DNA from: Candidatus Omnitrophota bacterium
GTDB lineage: Bacteria > Omnitrophota > Gorgyraeia > Zapsychrales > Fredricksoniimonadaceae
DNA length: 64,000 bases
Assembly: GCA_013287965.1 (NCBI GenBank)
Contig: JABDCU010000006.1
Coordinates: forward strand, 2,216 to 66,215
Direction: 5' to 3'
Both the position numbers and the translations under genes were made by a program. Below, piece by piece: positions 8,376 through 16,979 of the stretch. Under the pieces are notes generated by a model, which saw nothing but the letters and a program-made list of their open reading frames with translations, was not told where the DNA came from and ran no database searches. Each line of letters starts with the position of its first letter. Position 1 is the stretch's first letter.

Positions 8376-8477
8376 ATGCCCTGCGGAAGAAAAAGAAAAC
8401 TGATCAAGATCAGGACCCACAAGCGTAAGAAATTACGCAAAGCCCTACGCCATCTCAAAAAGAGAGCCACTCGCTAA
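8376..8477 (+). CDS. Small highly basic peptide, bS22-like (33 aa; absent from ORF track)
   Basis: ATG at 8376 is preceded by aaggaagga. Sequence MPCGRKRKLIKIRTHKRKKLRKALRHLKKRATR has 17/33 K/R. The MPxGxKxK...HKRKKxLRK pattern resembles bS22-type ribosomal peptides. Confidence 0.55.
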   Translation: MPCGRKRKLIKIRTHKRKKLRKALRHLKKRATR

Positions 8478-8492
8478 CTTCGGAGGCCGCGT

Positions 8493-9503
8493 ATGCTTTG
8501 GGGGGCACGCCTATTTGCGCTAAGGATGCTATTATTCTCCTGGCTGTTGGCGGTCGCAAGCCCTTGCTATGCTTGGGGACCGGCCTTGGACGCGAAAGCC
8601 CGTGGCCTGGCGCATTACATCATGGCCGCCTGCTATGACATCAACGGTGAAACCGCCCAGGCGGTAAGCGAATATCAAAGGTCTGTCAAATATAACGGTA
8701 TGGAAGCTGCCCCCAGGTTAAAACTGGGGGCTTATTATTTGCGCCTTGATGAAGTCCCCCAAGCCATCGTCCAGCTAAAAGCGGTGACGCGTCTTGCTCC
8801 CCAGGAATCCCAAGCGCATTATTTGCTGGCCCTCATCTATTCTTCCGGGCATAAATATGATTTAGCAGCGTCGGAATATGAGACCATGCTTAAGTACGCG
8901 GCCCAGGATGATCCGGCGAACACGGACGTTTATATGTATTTGGGCCAGCTGTACTATTCCGAACAAAAGTACCCTCAGGCCATCGGGCAGTTTTTGAAGA
9001 TATTGGCCATTGACCCTGCCAATACATCAGCTCTTTATTTATTGGGATCGGTTTACTCAGATAGCAATGAACCTTCGAAAGCCATTGCGGCATTCCGTAA
9101 AGTATTGCAAATTGAGCCGGAGAACAGCGACGCGCTTAATTCGCTCGGATATATGTACGCCCAGGGCGGTGTTCATTTAGATGAAGCCATCAGGATGGTC
9201 CGCAAGGCCATAGAGATCGATCCAGGCAATGGCGCTTATTACGACAGTTTGGGATGGACGCTTTATAAAAAAGGAAGGTATGCGGAAAGCTTGATGGCCA
9301 TGCAGAAAGCACAGACGTATATCGAAGATGAAGTCCTTTATGACCATATAGGCGATGTTTTTAAGGCGTTGAAAGAATACACCCTGGCGTGTAAATATTG
9401 GAGAAAGTCTTTGGACCTGGACCCTCATCAGATCTTAGTCAAACAAAAAATCAAAGGATTAGAAAAATGCACCGCCTCACAGTCCTCTCGCCGGCTAAAT
9501 TAA
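8493..9503 (+). CDS. TPR-repeat protein with N-terminal signal sequence
   Basis: Hydrophobic N-terminus followed by repeated 34-aa A..Y..A/L....P units (e.g. ALYLLGSVYSDSNEPSKAIAAFRKVLQIEPEN). Confidence 0.8.
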   Translation: MLWGARLFALRMLLFSWLLAVASPCYAWGPALDAKARGLAHYIMAACYDINGETAQAVSEYQRSVKYNGMEAAPRLKLGAYYLRLDEVPQAIVQLKAVTRLAPQESQAHYLLALIYSSGHKYDLAASEYETMLKYAAQDDPANTDVYMYLGQLYYSEQKYPQAIGQFLKILAIDPANTSALYLLGSVYSDSNEPSKAIAAFRKVLQIEPENSDALNSLGYMYAQGGVHLDEAIRMVRKAIEIDPGNGAYYDSLGWTLYKKGRYAESLMAMQKAQTYIEDEVLYDHIGDVFKALKEYTLACKYWRKSLDLDPHQILVKQKIKGLEKCTASQSSRRLN

Positions 9504-10324
9504 ATCTTGTCCTTGATGTGGTGGGAAAAAGGCCTGATGGTTTTCATGAGTTAAGGACCATCTTTGAGCGCATCAGTCTGACTGATCAGATCATCTTGAC
9601 ACGCAATAAAACCAATAAGATAAGCATCCGTTGTGCCCATCCCCATGTGCCTCGAGGTCCGGGTAATTTAGCTTTTAAGGCGGCGATGATGTTATCCAAA
9701 GATTTTTCTATTTCAGAAGGTTTAGATATAAATATTATAAAAAATATACCCGTGGCAGCCGGCCTGGCCGGCGGCTCCAGCAACGCGGCTGCGGTGCTGG
9801 CAGGCCTAAACCGTTTGTGGCAGATAGGCTTAAATAACGCCCAATTGGTCGACTATGCGGCCCGCTTAGGCAGTGATGTGGCGTTCTTCTTATATAATAG
9901 TCCATATGCCCTGGGGACAGGGCGTGGGGAGCTTATCAAGCCCTTGAAGATCAATACAAAATTATGGCATCTGCTTGTGACACCTCGGGTTAAAATGCTG
10001 ACAAAAGACGTTTTTACCCGTCTTAAATTAAAATTGACAAATAAAAAGGATAATGTTAATATTCTGCTTCCCTTTTTAAGAAAAGGGGATTTGACCGGAC
10101 TGGCAGGGGCTTTATCCAATGGTCTGGAGCCTGCTATTTTGTCGTTAAGGCCTGATTTTATTTATATAAAAAAGAAGTTACTCGACGCTGGAGCCATCGG
10201 TGTCTGTTTTTCCGGCAGCGGCCCGTCGGTTTTTGGTTTGGCCGGGTCACAAAAGCACGCTGAAAGCCTCCGGGCGAAATTTGACAGGCGTTACACTCAA
10301 AGTTTTGTGGTCAGCACATTGTAA
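9467..10324 (+). CDS. ispE: 4-diphosphocytidyl-2-C-methyl-D-erythritol kinase
   Basis: MHRLTVLSPAKLNLVLDVVGKRPDGFHEL start and GHMP-kinase motif PVAAGLAGGSSNAAA. Start placed at internal ATG 9467 (ORF-track start 9398 overlaps the TPR gene). Confidence 0.85.
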   Translation: MHRLTVLSPAKLNLVLDVVGKRPDGFHELRTIFERISLTDQIILTRNKTNKISIRCAHPHVPRGPGNLAFKAAMMLSKDFSISEGLDINIIKNIPVAAGLAGGSSNAAAVLAGLNRLWQIGLNNAQLVDYAARLGSDVAFFLYNSPYALGTGRGELIKPLKINTKLWHLLVTPRVKMLTKDVFTRLKLKLTNKKDNVNILLPFLRKGDLTGLAGALSNGLEPAILSLRPDFIYIKKKLLDAGAIGVCFSGSGPSVFGLAGSQKHAESLRAKFDRRYTQSFVVSTL

Positions 10325-10329
10325 TTTAC

Positions 10330-10400
10330 TGCCCGGTGGTGTAATGGTAGCACCCGAGAATTTGGATCTCGTTGTTCAGGTTCGAGTCCTGGCTGGGCAA
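10330..10400 (+). tRNA. tRNA-Gln (anticodon TTG)
   Basis: Hand-folded cloverleaf. Acceptor TGCCCGG/CTGGGCA (U1-A72), D arm GTGT/GCAC, anticodon stem CGAGA/TCTCG with loop ATTTGGA, T arm TCAGG-TTCGAGT-CCTGG. No encoded CCA. Confidence 0.85.
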
Positions 10401-10407
10401 CTTATAT

Positions 10408-11676
10408 ATGAGTCATTTTAAAGCGATCATTTTGGCGGCAGGCCGCGGCGTACGGATGAAGTCAGATACTCCTAAGGTGCTGCATAAAGTTGCCGGCCGT
10501 CCGGTACTTGAGTATGTTTTAGATATTACAAAGGCATTGCGTTCTTTGACAACTTATGTGGTGGTGGGGCACGGGGCCAACGAGGTAAAGAAATCTGTCG
10601 GAAACAGTGTCCATTACGTGCTGCAGGACAAGCTTCTGGGGACAGGTGACGCGGTACGCCGGGCTGGGCCGTTCTTAAAAAATTTCAATGGTACTGTGCT
10701 GGTCTTGTGCGGGGATACGCCGTTATTAGAAACGGTAATTGTCAGTCGTTTGCTTGCCAAACATCAACAGCTTAAGGCCGCGGCCACGGTCCTGACCGCC
10801 ATTGTTAAAGAGCCGTACGGCTATGGCCGCATCGTGCGGGACAGGTTGGGCAATTTTGGGGCCATCCGTGAACATAAGGACGCGAGTGAAAATGAACTAA
10901 AGATCAATGAGATCAATGTCGGGGTATACTGTTTCAAGGCACAAGCGTTGTTTAATACGCTAAAGTCAGTGAAGCTCAATCCAAAGAAAAAAGAATATTA
11001 CCTGACAGATGTCATTGAATTGTTATTAGCGAAGGAAGAGACGGTTGCGACGGTGACAACGGATGATGAAACAGCGGGGTTTGGCGTGAATACACGGGAA
11101 GATCTGGCGCAGGCGGAAAAAGTTATCCGCACGCGCATTTTAAAGAAATTGATGGCTGATGGTGTGTCGATCATTGATCCTGCCACGACCTATGTTGAAG
11201 CCGGGGTCAAGATCGGCCATGACACGGTGCTTTATCCGTGCACCTTCATTGAAGGCGATGTCACGATCGGCAAGAAATGCCAGATCGGGCCTTTTGCGCA
11301 TCTGCGTCCGGGGACACGCATCGCGGACAATGCGACGATCGGGAATTTTACGGAAGTTTCACGCACCAAGGTTGGCCGCAATGTCATGATGAAGCATTTT
11401 TCATTCTTGGGGGACGCGACGGTCGGCAATGATGTGAACATCGGTGCCGGGACGATCACCGCTAATTATGACGGCAAGGACAAAAACAAGACAGTGATCG
11501 GTGATGGCGCCTTCATTGGTTCAGATTCGATCCTGATAGCGCCGCTGACGATCGGTAAAAAAGCAATGGTGGGCGCCGGCTCAGTGGTGGCCCGTGGAAA
11601 AAATATTCCGGCGGGGATGTTGGCTGTCGGCGTTCCGGCAAGGGTGATAAAAAAAGTTGCGAAGGGGAAAATATGA
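10408..11676 (+). CDS. glmU: Bifunctional UDP-N-acetylglucosamine pyrophosphorylase / glucosamine-1-phosphate N-acetyltransferase
   Basis: AIILAAGRGVRMKS nucleotidyltransferase loop with a C-terminal left-handed hexapeptide-repeat region. Start moved to ATG 10408 so that it does not overlap the tRNA. Confidence 0.9.
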   Translation: MSHFKAIILAAGRGVRMKSDTPKVLHKVAGRPVLEYVLDITKALRSLTTYVVVGHGANEVKKSVGNSVHYVLQDKLLGTGDAVRRAGPFLKNFNGTVLVLCGDTPLLETVIVSRLLAKHQQLKAAATVLTAIVKEPYGYGRIVRDRLGNFGAIREHKDASENELKINEINVGVYCFKAQALFNTLKSVKLNPKKKEYYLTDVIELLLAKEETVATVTTDDETAGFGVNTREDLAQAEKVIRTRILKKLMADGVSIIDPATTYVEAGVKIGHDTVLYPCTFIEGDVTIGKKCQIGPFAHLRPGTRIADNATIGNFTEVSRTKVGRNVMMKHFSFLGDATVGNDVNIGAGTITANYDGKDKNKTVIGDGAFIGSDSILIAPLTIGKKAMVGAGSVVARGKNIPAGMLAVGVPARVIKKVAKGKI

Positions 11677-12623
11677 GTAAATTATCGGTCTTAGGCGGCA
11701 ATGCCAATCCTGCTTTGACGGCGGAAATTTGCCAGAAGCTGGGGATCAAGCAGACCGAAATTTTTGTCGGGCGTTTCAGCGAAGGCGAGATCCGTGTCCA
11801 TATCAGGGAAAATATCCGCGGGCAGGACGTTTTTATCGTCCAGCCGACCTGTCCGCCGGTCAATGAGAATTTGATGGAGCTTTTGATCCTGATCGACGCT
11901 GTACGCCGCGCTTCCGCGGACAGGATCACGGCCGTTATCCCGTATTACGGCTACGCGCGCCAGGACCGCAAGGACCAGCCGCGGGTACCGATCACCGCTA
12001 AGCTCGTGGCTAACTTGATCGTCGCGGCCGGTGCCAATCGTGTCTTGACGATGGACCTTCATGCCAGCCAGCTGCAGGGATTTTTTGATATCCCGGTGGA
12101 CCATTTGTATGCCATTAATGTTTTGGCTGAGTATTTTAAAGAACGCAAGATCGGGGACCTGGTCATCGTTTCGCCCGATGTCGGCGGCATTAAAATGGCC
12201 CGGGCCTATGCCAAGCGTTTGAACGCGGGGTTGGCCATCGTTGATAAGCGGCGCATGTCTCCGGAAAAAACCGAGGTCATGCACATTTTAGGCGAGGTCA
12301 AGGGTAAAAATGTGGTGATGGTGGATGATATCATTGCCACCGCGGGCTCTTTGATCGACGCGGTCACGGCGCTTAAGAGTTCCGGGGCCAAAGGCATATA
12401 CGCGGCTGCAAGCCATGGGGTCTTGTCAGGGCCGGCGCATGAGAGGATCTCCGCCTGCAAGGAATTGCTCGAAGTGGTCGTCACTAACAGCATCCCTTTA
12501 AAAGACGGGACACAGAACCCTAAAATAAAACAATTGTCAATTGCCCCGCTGATGGCCGAGGCCATTGCCCGAACACACAACGCGGAGTCTATCAGCAGTT
12601 TATTCGAAGAAATCAGGAACTAG
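11673..12623 (+). CDS. prs: Ribose-phosphate pyrophosphokinase
   Basis: Motifs YYGYARQDRK, VSPDVGG, VDDIIATAGS. ATGA overlap with glmU. Confidence 0.9.
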   Translation: MSKLSVLGGNANPALTAEICQKLGIKQTEIFVGRFSEGEIRVHIRENIRGQDVFIVQPTCPPVNENLMELLILIDAVRRASADRITAVIPYYGYARQDRKDQPRVPITAKLVANLIVAAGANRVLTMDLHASQLQGFFDIPVDHLYAINVLAEYFKERKIGDLVIVSPDVGGIKMARAYAKRLNAGLAIVDKRRMSPEKTEVMHILGEVKGKNVVMVDDIIATAGSLIDAVTALKSSGAKGIYAAASHGVLSGPAHERISACKELLEVVVTNSIPLKDGTQNPKIKQLSIAPLMAEAIARTHNAESISSLFEEIRN

Positions 12624-12636
12624 GAAGGAAAGTAAA

Positions 12637-13362
12637 ATGGAACAAATTAATTTTGACGTTCAAATCAGGAAAAACACGGGGTCTGCGAGGTCCCGTCAGG
12701 TGCGCCGTTCAAATTTGATCCCCGGGATCGTTTACGGGGGGAATTCCAAGCCGACGGTGATCCAGGCTGACCGCAAGGCCTATGACCGTATCTATCGTCA
12801 GCACGCCGGCGAAAGCTTGATCTACCATCTGAATTTGGTGGACGAGGGGAAGAAGATCTCGGATTTCCCCGCGATCATCAAGGATGTCCAGCTTCATCCG
12901 GTCACTGATGAGGTCATCCATATTGATTTTAACCGCATCTCCCTTGATAAAGAAATTGAGATCAAGGTCAAGGTCCTCACCAAAGGCGAGGCCGTGGGTG
13001 TCAAGCGTGACGGCGGTACCCTTGAGCATTTGATGTGGGAGCTGGATGTTATCTGTTTGCCGACGAATATCCCGCACCACTTGGAAGCGGATGTAACGAA
13101 TTTGGGCGTGCATGATGCCATCCACGTTAAGGATCTGGTATTGCCCGCAGGTGTGCGTACCAAGCATGATCCTGAATCCGTGGTCATCACCATCGCCGGT
13201 TCCATGCGTGAAGAAGTAGCTGCGGCGCCCGTTGAAGGCGAAGCTGCTGCCGCCGGTACTGAACCTGAAGTTTTGAAGGAAAAGAAGAAGGAAGAAGGAG
13301 CTGACGCTGCCGGGGCTGCCAAGAAACCCGAAGCTGCCAAGAAAGACGACGCTAAAAAATGA
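12637..13362 (+). CDS. rplY: 50S ribosomal protein L25 / general stress protein Ctc, with A/E/K-rich tail
   Basis: N-terminus MEQINFDVQIRKNTGSARSRQVRRSNLIPGIVYGG. RBS aggaagg lies upstream of ATG 12637. Confidence 0.85.
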   Translation: MEQINFDVQIRKNTGSARSRQVRRSNLIPGIVYGGNSKPTVIQADRKAYDRIYRQHAGESLIYHLNLVDEGKKISDFPAIIKDVQLHPVTDEVIHIDFNRISLDKEIEIKVKVLTKGEAVGVKRDGGTLEHLMWELDVICLPTNIPHHLEADVTNLGVHDAIHVKDLVLPAGVRTKHDPESVVITIAGSMREEVAAAPVEGEAAAAGTEPEVLKEKKKEEGADAAGAAKKPEAAKKDDAKK

Positions 13363-13907
13363 AGTTGATTGTAGGCTTGGGCAACCCCGGGCCGCAATAT
13401 AGATGGACCCGTCACAATTTAGGTTTTATGGTCCTTGAAGCAATGGGCGCCGGAGAGAAACCTAAGAAGGCGCGTATCAGCGGTGTTGAATGTTCTTTGT
13501 TGATGCCGATGACGTTCATGAATGATTCCGGATTGTCTGTCAAGAAGCTGGCCGACAGGCAGGGGGTGTCCCTGGAAGATATCCTGGTCATTTGTGATGA
13601 TCTGGACCTGTCCTTTACAAAGATGCGCTTGCGGCCTTCGGGCTCTGCCGGAGGCCATAATGGGTTAAAATCCATTATCAAGGAGTTGGGGTCAAATCAA
13701 TTTTGTCGTCTCCGGATGGGTATTGACAGCCCCAAAAACGGGGCTGATACAGTAGATTACGTCTTATCGAATTTCACTCTCGAGCAGAAAAAAGTTCTGC
13801 CGGAATTTATTAATCATGCACTAGACTGTGTCACATGCTGGGTGACCGAAGGTGCGGAAGTTGCAATGAACCTCTACAACCAAAGGAAAAGTAATGAACA
13901 AGTATGA
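13359..13907 (+). CDS. pth: Peptidyl-tRNA hydrolase
   Basis: MKLIVGLGNPG..Y..TRHNLGF and GGHNGLKSI motifs. Confidence 0.9.
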   Translation: MKLIVGLGNPGPQYRWTRHNLGFMVLEAMGAGEKPKKARISGVECSLLMPMTFMNDSGLSVKKLADRQGVSLEDILVICDDLDLSFTKMRLRPSGSAGGHNGLKSIIKELGSNQFCRLRMGIDSPKNGADTVDYVLSNFTLEQKKVLPEFINHALDCVTCWVTEGAEVAMNLYNQRKSNEQV

Positions 13908-14184
13908 TTTAGTCTACATCGTCGACGCGCACGCGCCGCAAACGACCAAGGATGAGATCGCCAAACAGGTGGCGGATTCCCTGGCTAAAACCGAGATCAA
14001 GTTAGTCAGCAGCCAGTTGTGGCTGGACCGTCATAAGATGAGCTTTCCCATCCAGAAGATCGGGGAAGGCACGTACTACCTGTTGAGCCTTGAAGCTAAA
14101 AGCTCCAGTGTGGCCAAATTGCAGAGCATCCTGCGCATCAACGAACAGATATTGCGCTTTTTGACAGTTAAAGCGGAGGGATAG
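13894..14184 (+). CDS. rpsF: 30S ribosomal protein S6
   Basis: 96 aa starting YDLVYIVD. Sits in the conserved rpsF-ssb-rpsR-rplI order. Confidence 0.85.
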   Translation: MNKYDLVYIVDAHAPQTTKDEIAKQVADSLAKTEIKLVSSQLWLDRHKMSFPIQKIGEGTYYLLSLEAKSSSVAKLQSILRINEQILRFLTVKAEG

Positions 14185-14186
14185 GC

Positions 14187-14615
14187 ATGGCAAGTTTAAA
14201 TAAAGTTTTATTGATCGGTAATTTGACCAAGGACCCGGAATTGCGTTATACGCCCAATGGCACGGCAGTTACAAATTTGCGCATTGCCGTTAACCGCAAA
14301 TTCAAGGACCGTACCGGTGAATTAAAGGAAGACACCTGCTTTATCACCGTGACAGCTTGGGACAAGCAGGCGGAAATTTGTAACCAGTATTTGCAAAAAG
14401 GCCGGGCGGTTTTTGTGGAAGGTATTTTACAAAGCCGTTCCTGGGAAACGGGTGACGGCCAGAAGCGCAGTACCATTGATGTGCGGGCCGAGCGCATCCA
14501 ATTTTTAAGCGGACCTGTTAAAAATGAAGCTGCCGTGAGCAACGAGCCCGCGGCCAAAGATGCCGGTGATCAGGACACAGTGATATCACCGGAAGATATA
14601 GCTTGGGAGGAATAA
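14187..14615 (+). CDS. ssb: Single-stranded DNA-binding protein
   Basis: LNKVLLIGNLTKDPELRYTPNG OB-fold start and an acidic C-terminal tip. Confidence 0.85.
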   Translation: MASLNKVLLIGNLTKDPELRYTPNGTAVTNLRIAVNRKFKDRTGELKEDTCFITVTAWDKQAEICNQYLQKGRAVFVEGILQSRSWETGDGQKRSTIDVRAERIQFLSGPVKNEAAVSNEPAAKDAGDQDTVISPEDIAWEE

Positions 14616-14621
14616 GAGATC

Positions 14622-14948
14622 ATGGAAAGAAAATTTACCAAAAAGCGTGGTGCCACAGACAGAAAACCATTCAAAAAAGACGGTGATAACCATTCCTTCG
14701 GCGGCCGCGGAGGCAGCGGTGATGGTGCCCGCCGGGGACCGCGTCCCGCGCGCATGTCCATCCCCAAGGGGACGGAGATCAATTTTAAGAACATCGCGTT
14801 CTTGCAAAAATGTTTGACCGAGCGCGGGAAATTGTTCTCGCGCCGTTTGACCAGTGCCAATGCCACTCAACAGCGCAAGATCACCGTCGCGGTCAAGCTC
14901 GCCCGCTTTTTGGGGCTTTTACCGGTCGGATCAACCCGGCGCAAATGA
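14622..14948 (+). CDS. rpsR: 30S ribosomal protein S18 (with ~45-aa G/R-rich N-terminal extension)
   Basis: INFKNIAFLQKCLTERGKLFSRRLTSANATQQRKITVAVKLARFLGLLP. Confidence 0.85.
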   Translation: MERKFTKKRGATDRKPFKKDGDNHSFGGRGGSGDGARRGPRPARMSIPKGTEINFKNIAFLQKCLTERGKLFSRRLTSANATQQRKITVAVKLARFLGLLPVGSTRRK

Positions 14949-15036
14949 CGCTCAACGAAATGTTGAGGGAGCAAGTGACGAATCGAATCCTAACTTGAGG
15001 GAAACAACCTCACGATTTCGATATATAGGATCTTTA

Positions 15037-15062
15037 AGATTCTTCGCTTCGCTCAGAATGAC
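15037..15062 (-). repeat. Imperfect hairpin element of the GATTC...GAATGAC family, intergenic
   Basis: aGATTCTtcgcttcgctcAGAATGAC ends 12 nt before the rplI ATG, immediately 5' of the gaggag RBS. Confidence 0.6.
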
Positions 15063-15074
15063 AATGAGGAGAAT

Positions 15075-15521
15075 ATGAATATCATACTAATGGAAAATGT
15101 GGAAAAGTTGGGCACGGTCGGCGATGTTGTTAAGGTCAAGGACGGCTATGCCCGTAATTACCTGTTGCCCCGCCAATTAGGCATGCCGGCGACCAAAGGC
15201 AATATCAATCGTATTGAAAAAGAAAAAGCCAAACGGCTGGCTATTTTTGAAGCGGAGAAAAAAGAAGCCCAGCAAAAAGCCGAGATTTTAAGCAAGGTCT
15301 CTTTGACGATCGCGGTCGAGGTCAATGACCAGGAAAAGCTTTACGGGGCGATCGCGGAATCTGATATCCTCGAGGCCCTGGAAGCAGAAGGCCAGAAGGT
15401 CGATAAAAAGTCCCTGGTCCTTGAGAAGCCTGTTGATGACCTGGGTATTTTTGAGATCGGCGTCAAACTTCATCCGCAAGTGATCGCCAAGGTCCGCTTG
15501 TGGGTCACTAAAAAAAGTTAA
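15075..15521 (+). CDS. rplI: 50S ribosomal protein L9
   Basis: MNIILMENVEKLGTVGDVVKVKDGYARNYLLP. Confidence 0.9.
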   Translation: MNIILMENVEKLGTVGDVVKVKDGYARNYLLPRQLGMPATKGNINRIEKEKAKRLAIFEAEKKEAQQKAEILSKVSLTIAVEVNDQEKLYGAIAESDILEALEAEGQKVDKKSLVLEKPVDDLGIFEIGVKLHPQVIAKVRLWVTKKS

Positions 15522-15535
15522 ATAACGCGTACGCA

Positions 15536-16906
15536 TTGATAACCCCTATGCCGAGCAAGGAGCAGGGAATATTGGAGCAAACGATAAGGGTCCCTCCCCA
15601 GAATATCGACGCTGAAAAAGCGGTTTTAGGGGCCATGATGATCTCCGAAGACGCTATCGGGGTGTCCATTGAACACCTCGATAGCTTTTATTTTTATGAA
15701 ACCACCCACCAGAAAATTTTTGACGCGGTACGCGAATTATACGCGGAACGCAAAAGGGTGGACATCATCACCCTTTCGGACTGGCTTAAAAATACCGGGC
15801 AGCTGGAGAATTTAGGCGGCCTGTCCTATTTGTCACAATTGGCTGATTTTGTCCCCACCGCGGCCAACGCCCAATATTACGTTGATATCGTCAAGGAAAA
15901 AGGCATCCAGCGCCAGCTGATCAAGAATGCCACGGAGATCATTTCTAAAAGCTATGGTGTCAATGTGGACATTGATGAGCTGGTGGACACGGCTGAACAG
16001 CTGATCTTTGAGATCGCTGACGCCAAGCAAAAACAGCAGGCCGTCCACATCAAGGACATCATCAAAGGCACCATTGAGAACATTGACCTGTTATACCAGC
16101 ATAAAAAATCCATTACAGGGGTCCCGACGGGATTTACGGATTTTGACAGTAAGACATCGGGTTTGCAAAATTCGGACCTGATCATCATCGCGGGACGTCC
16201 GTCGATGGGCAAGAGTGCCTTTGCCGTATCCATCGCTGAGCACGCCTGCCTTGAACACAATATCCCGGTGGCTATTTTTTCCCTGGAAATGTCCAAGGAA
16301 CAATTGGTCCAGCGCATGTTGTGTTCCCAGGCCCAGGTGGATGCCCATAAGGTCCGCACGGGGTTTCTTTCGCCGTCAGACTGGCCATTGCTCACCAAGG
16401 CAGCCGGACGCCTGTCGAACGCTCCCATATTCATTGATGATACTCCGGCCATTTCCATGCTGGAACTGCGGGCCAAGGCCCGGCGTTTAAAAGCTTCCCA
16501 AAACATAGGCCTTGTGATCGTGGACTATTTGCAGTTGATGCAGGGGCACACCAAAACAGAAAGCCGCCAGCAGGAAATTTCGGAAATTTCCCGTTCCCTA
16601 AAAGCACTGGCGCGCGAGTTGGGAGTGCCTTTGATCGCCATCAGCCAGTTGTCGCGCGCGGTGGAAAGCCGGCAGGACCACCGCCCCCAACTTTCTGACC
16701 TGCGTGAATCCGGGGCCATTGAACAAGACGCGGACGTGGTGGTGCTTTTGATGCGTGAGGAATATTATAATCCGACCGAGGAAAACCGCGGCATTGCCGA
16801 GGCGATCATCGCCAAACAGCGCAACGGGCCCACCGGCTCGGTAAAAATGAAGTTCTTTAAGGAATTTGTCAAATTTGTAAACTTAGAAATGGCTCATCAC
16901 GAATAA
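15536..16906 (+). CDS. dnaB: Replicative DNA helicase
   Basis: PPQNIDAEKAVLGAMM N-terminal domain and Walker A AGRPSMGKSAF. Start is TTG 15536 or ATG 15548. Confidence 0.9.
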   Translation: MITPMPSKEQGILEQTIRVPPQNIDAEKAVLGAMMISEDAIGVSIEHLDSFYFYETTHQKIFDAVRELYAERKRVDIITLSDWLKNTGQLENLGGLSYLSQLADFVPTAANAQYYVDIVKEKGIQRQLIKNATEIISKSYGVNVDIDELVDTAEQLIFEIADAKQKQQAVHIKDIIKGTIENIDLLYQHKKSITGVPTGFTDFDSKTSGLQNSDLIIIAGRPSMGKSAFAVSIAEHACLEHNIPVAIFSLEMSKEQLVQRMLCSQAQVDAHKVRTGFLSPSDWPLLTKAAGRLSNAPIFIDDTPAISMLELRAKARRLKASQNIGLVIVDYLQLMQGHTKTESRQQEISEISRSLKALARELGVPLIAISQLSRAVESRQDHRPQLSDLRESGAIEQDADVVVLLMREEYYNPTEENRGIAEAIIAKQRNGPTGSVKMKFFKEFVKFVNLEMAHHE

Positions 16907-16921
16907 AAGTTGCGATGTGCA

Positions 16922-16950
16922 TTGACAGCCCCATGCACAGAATCTATAAT
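16922..16950 (+). promoter_or_regulatory. Consensus sigma70-type promoter upstream of bamA
   Basis: TTGACA (16922-16927), 17-nt spacer, TATAAT (16945-16950). The aggag RBS and ATG 16980 follow. Confidence 0.6.
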
Positions 16951-16979
16951 TGGACAACGCTATCAATTTCAGGAGTTTC

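Noticed and set aside
10372-10407. N-terminal extension of glmU in the ORF track (start 10372).
   Set aside because: It would overlap the 3' half of tRNA-Gln. The conserved glmU N-terminus begins at the internal ATG 10408.
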